Assembly (NCBI GenBank): GCA_019423565.1
Contig: JAHZBE010000002.1
Coordinates: 18,563 to 82,562 of the forward strand
Source of the DNA: a bacterium
GTDB taxonomy: Bacteria; Bacillota_I; Bacilli_A; RF39; UBA660
Direction of reading: 5' to 3'
Length of the DNA stretch: 64,000 bases
Below, in pieces: positions 61,652 to 64,000 of this stretch (position 1 is its first letter; every line of letters starts with the position of its first letter). The position numbers and the translations under genes were made by a program. Under the pieces are notes generated by a model, which did not search any database, was not told the DNA's origin, and was given only the letters and a program-made list of their open reading frames with translations.

Positions 61652-63355
61652 TTATTTAACTTTACTATCCTCTGTTAAAAGTTTGAAATAACTACCTTTC
61701 TTATTAATTAATTCTTTATGGGTTCCTTGCTCAACAATTTTACCCTTATCAAGATATAAAATTTGAGAACATTCTTTAATTGTAGATAATCTATGTGCAA
61801 TTATAAATGAAATTTTATTTTTAGTTATTTCATCTATAGCATTTCTAATTAACATTTCAGATTTATAACTTAACGATGCTGTTGCTTCATCCAAAATTAT
61901 TATTTCGGGATCTTCTACCATTACTCTAGCAAAATTTAATAATTGCTTTTCTCCTGTTGATAACAAATCAGTATCAGAAGTAATAAATGTATCATATCCA
62001 TTTTCTAGATTTATTATTTTGTCATGTATTTTCAGTTTCTTACAAATATTAATTATTTTTTCTCTACTTACATCATTATTAACATAATTTATGTTATCTA
62101 ATATTGTTCCATCAAAAATAACAACATTTTGCATTATGTAACCTATTTTAGATCTTAAACTTTCTAAACTATAGTTTTTATAATTCTTTTCATTAATTAG
62201 AATCTCTCCACTACTTAAATCATAAAACCTACATATTAAATTTACTAGACTTGTTTTACCACAACCAGTTTTTCCTATTAATGCAATCTTGTCTCCTTTA
62301 TTAGCTTCAATATTAATTTTTGTTAGAATCTTATTTTTATTGTCATAACTAAAGTCAACATTATTAAACTTTATTTTTTTTATAGCATCTATTTCTTCTC
62401 CTATTTTAATATTTTCTTCTTCTCTGTTTAATAAATCCATTATTTTGTTATAGGATATTCTACCCAAATTTCTAATCTGAAATCCTTCTATAACCCATTT
62501 AGCATATGTTTCTGGGCTTGAAATATATCTTACTAAAACTGTAAGTGCCCCATAAGAAATTAAACCATTTACTACTCCAATACTACCATAGCATACATTA
62601 AATACAATAATAAATGAAATAATAAATTCATATAAATATGTATAAGTTCTAATATTTTTTTCTAATTTATTTGTAACATCATTATATTCTTTAATTAATT
62701 CAGACAATTCTTTCATTCTTTGGCTTTCAATTAATAAAGTCTTTATAGTTGAAAATCCATATATTTGATCATTAGACCAATTCAATATTTTAGCATTAAT
62801 TTTTCTTTTCAATTTTGTATATTCAATAGATTTTTTATTAAATACATATGTAATTATAAAACCTAAAATATAAATAAAAAGTGCCACAATCATTATCGGA
62901 ACATTTAAATACATTAATATAAAAATTGTTCCTAAAAGTCTTACAATACCACCACAGTAAGAGCGTACTACTCCATTACTATAGAATCTTGCCATTTCTT
63001 TTGTATCATTTAATATATTTTCCAAAACTTCTCCTGTTTTAATTTGATCAAGTTCACTCTCTTTTAAATCTTGGATTTTAAAATATATTTTTTCTCTATA
63101 ATCTGCTTCCAATTCCTTTATAAAAGATTCACTATTTATGTCTTCAAAAAAAGTAGTAATCGCCCTGAAAATATTTACACAAAAATATATAATAGATAAT
63201 ATTATTATTAGTTTTATATTTTTACTTGGAATTGCATATTCAACCATTACAATAGTAAAACTTATAAAAATAACCACCATTATACTAGTTAGGAACCATC
63301 CAATAGCAGTATTTCTTGCTTGCTTTTTGTAATTATTATAAATACTTTTTAACAT
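61652..63355 (-). CDS. ABC transporter ATP-binding/permease protein (exporter)
   Basis: TMD plus NBD (GKTGCGKTS, LSTGEKQ, IILDEATASL). Confidence 0.85.
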   Translation of the reverse strand: MLKSIYNNYKKQARNTAIGWFLTSIMVVIFISFTIVMVEYAIPSKNIKLIIILSIIYFCVNIFRAITTFFEDINSESFIKELEADYREKIYFKIQDLKESELDQIKTGEVLENILNDTKEMARFYSNGVVRSYCGGIVRLLGTIFILMYLNVPIMIVALFIYILGFIITYVFNKKSIEYTKLKRKINAKILNWSNDQIYGFSTIKTLLIESQRMKELSELIKEYNDVTNKLEKNIRTYTYLYEFIISFIIVFNVCYGSIGVVNGLISYGALTVLVRYISSPETYAKWVIEGFQIRNLGRISYNKIMDLLNREEENIKIGEEIDAIKKIKFNNVDFSYDNKNKILTKINIEANKGDKIALIGKTGCGKTSLVNLICRFYDLSSGEILINEKNYKNYSLESLRSKIGYIMQNVVIFDGTILDNINYVNNDVSREKIINICKKLKIHDKIINLENGYDTFITSDTDLLSTGEKQLLNFARVMVEDPEIIILDEATASLSYKSEMLIRNAIDEITKNKISFIIAHRLSTIKECSQILYLDKGKIVEQGTHKELINKKGSYFKLLTEDSKVK

Positions 63356-63356
63356 A

Positions 63357-64000
63357 TTAATCCTCCTCTAATATAACGTTATCATCTACATCAATAAGCT
63401 TACTATAATTTGGATTTTTAAGTAAATTTGAATGAGTATCATAAATAACATTGTTATTATCAATAAATAATACATGGCTACATTTTTCTACTACATTTCT
63501 ATCATGTGAAATAATAATTGTCCCTTTATTCATTTCAATTAGATTGTTTAATATTTCTAATTTAGTAGCGTTATCCAATTTTGATAAAGAATCATCAAAA
63601 ATAATATATTCAGTATCCATTGCTAATGTACGAGCTATGGCAATTCTTTGTTTTTGACCTCCTGAAATATTACTTCCATTATTTTCAAGAATATGATTAT
63701 ATTTATCATCAAATTCTTCAATATCTTTTCCTAAACAAGATATTTTACACAATCTAGTAATATCATCATCTGTCAAATTTCTATTTGTTACATTAATATT
63801 ATTTTTTATTGAATCATTAAAGATATAAGTATCTTGTAATACAATTCCTACATATTTTCTAATAGACTTTTGATTAACTTCTTTAATATTTGTATTACCG
63901 ATATAAATATTTCCAGTATAATTATAAAAACCTAATAAAGTTTTAGCAATCAAAGTTTTTCCACTACCATTATCCCCTATAATTGCAATATTCTCGTTTT
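63357..64000 (-). CDS. ABC transporter ATP-binding/permease protein, C-terminal part (gene continues past window end)
   Basis: NBD with ISGGQKQR signature; Walker A GDNGSGKT encoded at 63960-63985; no start within window. Confidence 0.8.
   Translation of the reverse strand, partial: NENIAIIGDNGSGKTLIAKTLLGFYNYTGNIYIGNTNIKEVNQKSIRKYVGIVLQDTYIFNDSIKNNINVTNRNLTDDDITRLCKISCLGKDIEEFDDKYNHILENNGSNISGGQKQRIAIARTLAMDTEYIIFDDSLSKLDNATKLEILNNLIEMNKGTIIISHDRNVVEKCSHVLFIDNNNVIYDTHSNLLKNPNYSKLIDVDDNVILEED

Larger units (their letters stand above)
51516..64000. mobile_element. integrated element with terminal large serine recombinase (left junction about 51516-51530; right end beyond window)
   Basis: Recombinase gene abuts the truncated amidase gene. 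Cargo: MazF-like toxin, ArpU-like regulator, PHP phosphoesterase, ParAB partition pair, two ABC exporter pairs. Confidence 0.4.

Noticed and set aside
1-64000. rRNA genes and CRISPR arrays
   Set aside because: No rRNA-like GC-rich conserved segments and no regularly spaced short direct repeats were seen anywhere in the window.

Overview
This is a very AT-rich window (about 25% GC by eye) from a low-GC, spore-forming Firmicute of Clostridia type; spoIVA, an alpha/beta-type SASP, YunB, YutD, SpoVIF-like, CwlJ/SleB-like and YetF-like genes support this. Coding density is high and most genes are on the minus strand.

Core housekeeping genes are present: RNase J convergent with PNPase and rpsO, spoIVA, der, engB, nrnA, ackA, three tRNAs (Glu-CUC, Gln-CUG, Trp-CCA), and ferredoxin, thioredoxin and amidase genes.

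Accessory and unusual content, in order along the window:
- Three tandem kinase-fold paralogs at 374..2712; the third is frameshifted at an A7 tract.
- A degraded Rpn-type PD-(D/E)XK transposase-like gene at 16704..17651.
- A three-gene split HgdC-activase/HgdD-like module with a divergent ferredoxin at 24267..28181.
- A three-gene ASCH/ASCH/GNAT cassette bracketed by 42-bp direct repeats at 31029..32850.
- A roughly 10 kb tRNA-adjacent island at 35341..45300. It carries a SpoT-type HD (small alarmone hydrolase-like) domain fused to a P-loop nucleoside-kinase-like domain, an AbiEi-like regulator upstream of a Bro-N/DinD-like gene, an XRE-transmembrane-BNR propeller one-component regulator, and an 873-aa SF1 helicase with a large unknown N-terminal domain.
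- An integrated element of at least 12.5 kb starting at about 51516 and running off the window end. Its large serine recombinase gene ends 12 nt from the interior of an Amidase_3-LysM paralog that lacks its first ~7 codons. The element carries a MazF/EndoA toxin without an upstream antitoxin, parAB and tandem ABC exporter pairs.

No CRISPR array or rRNA was seen.
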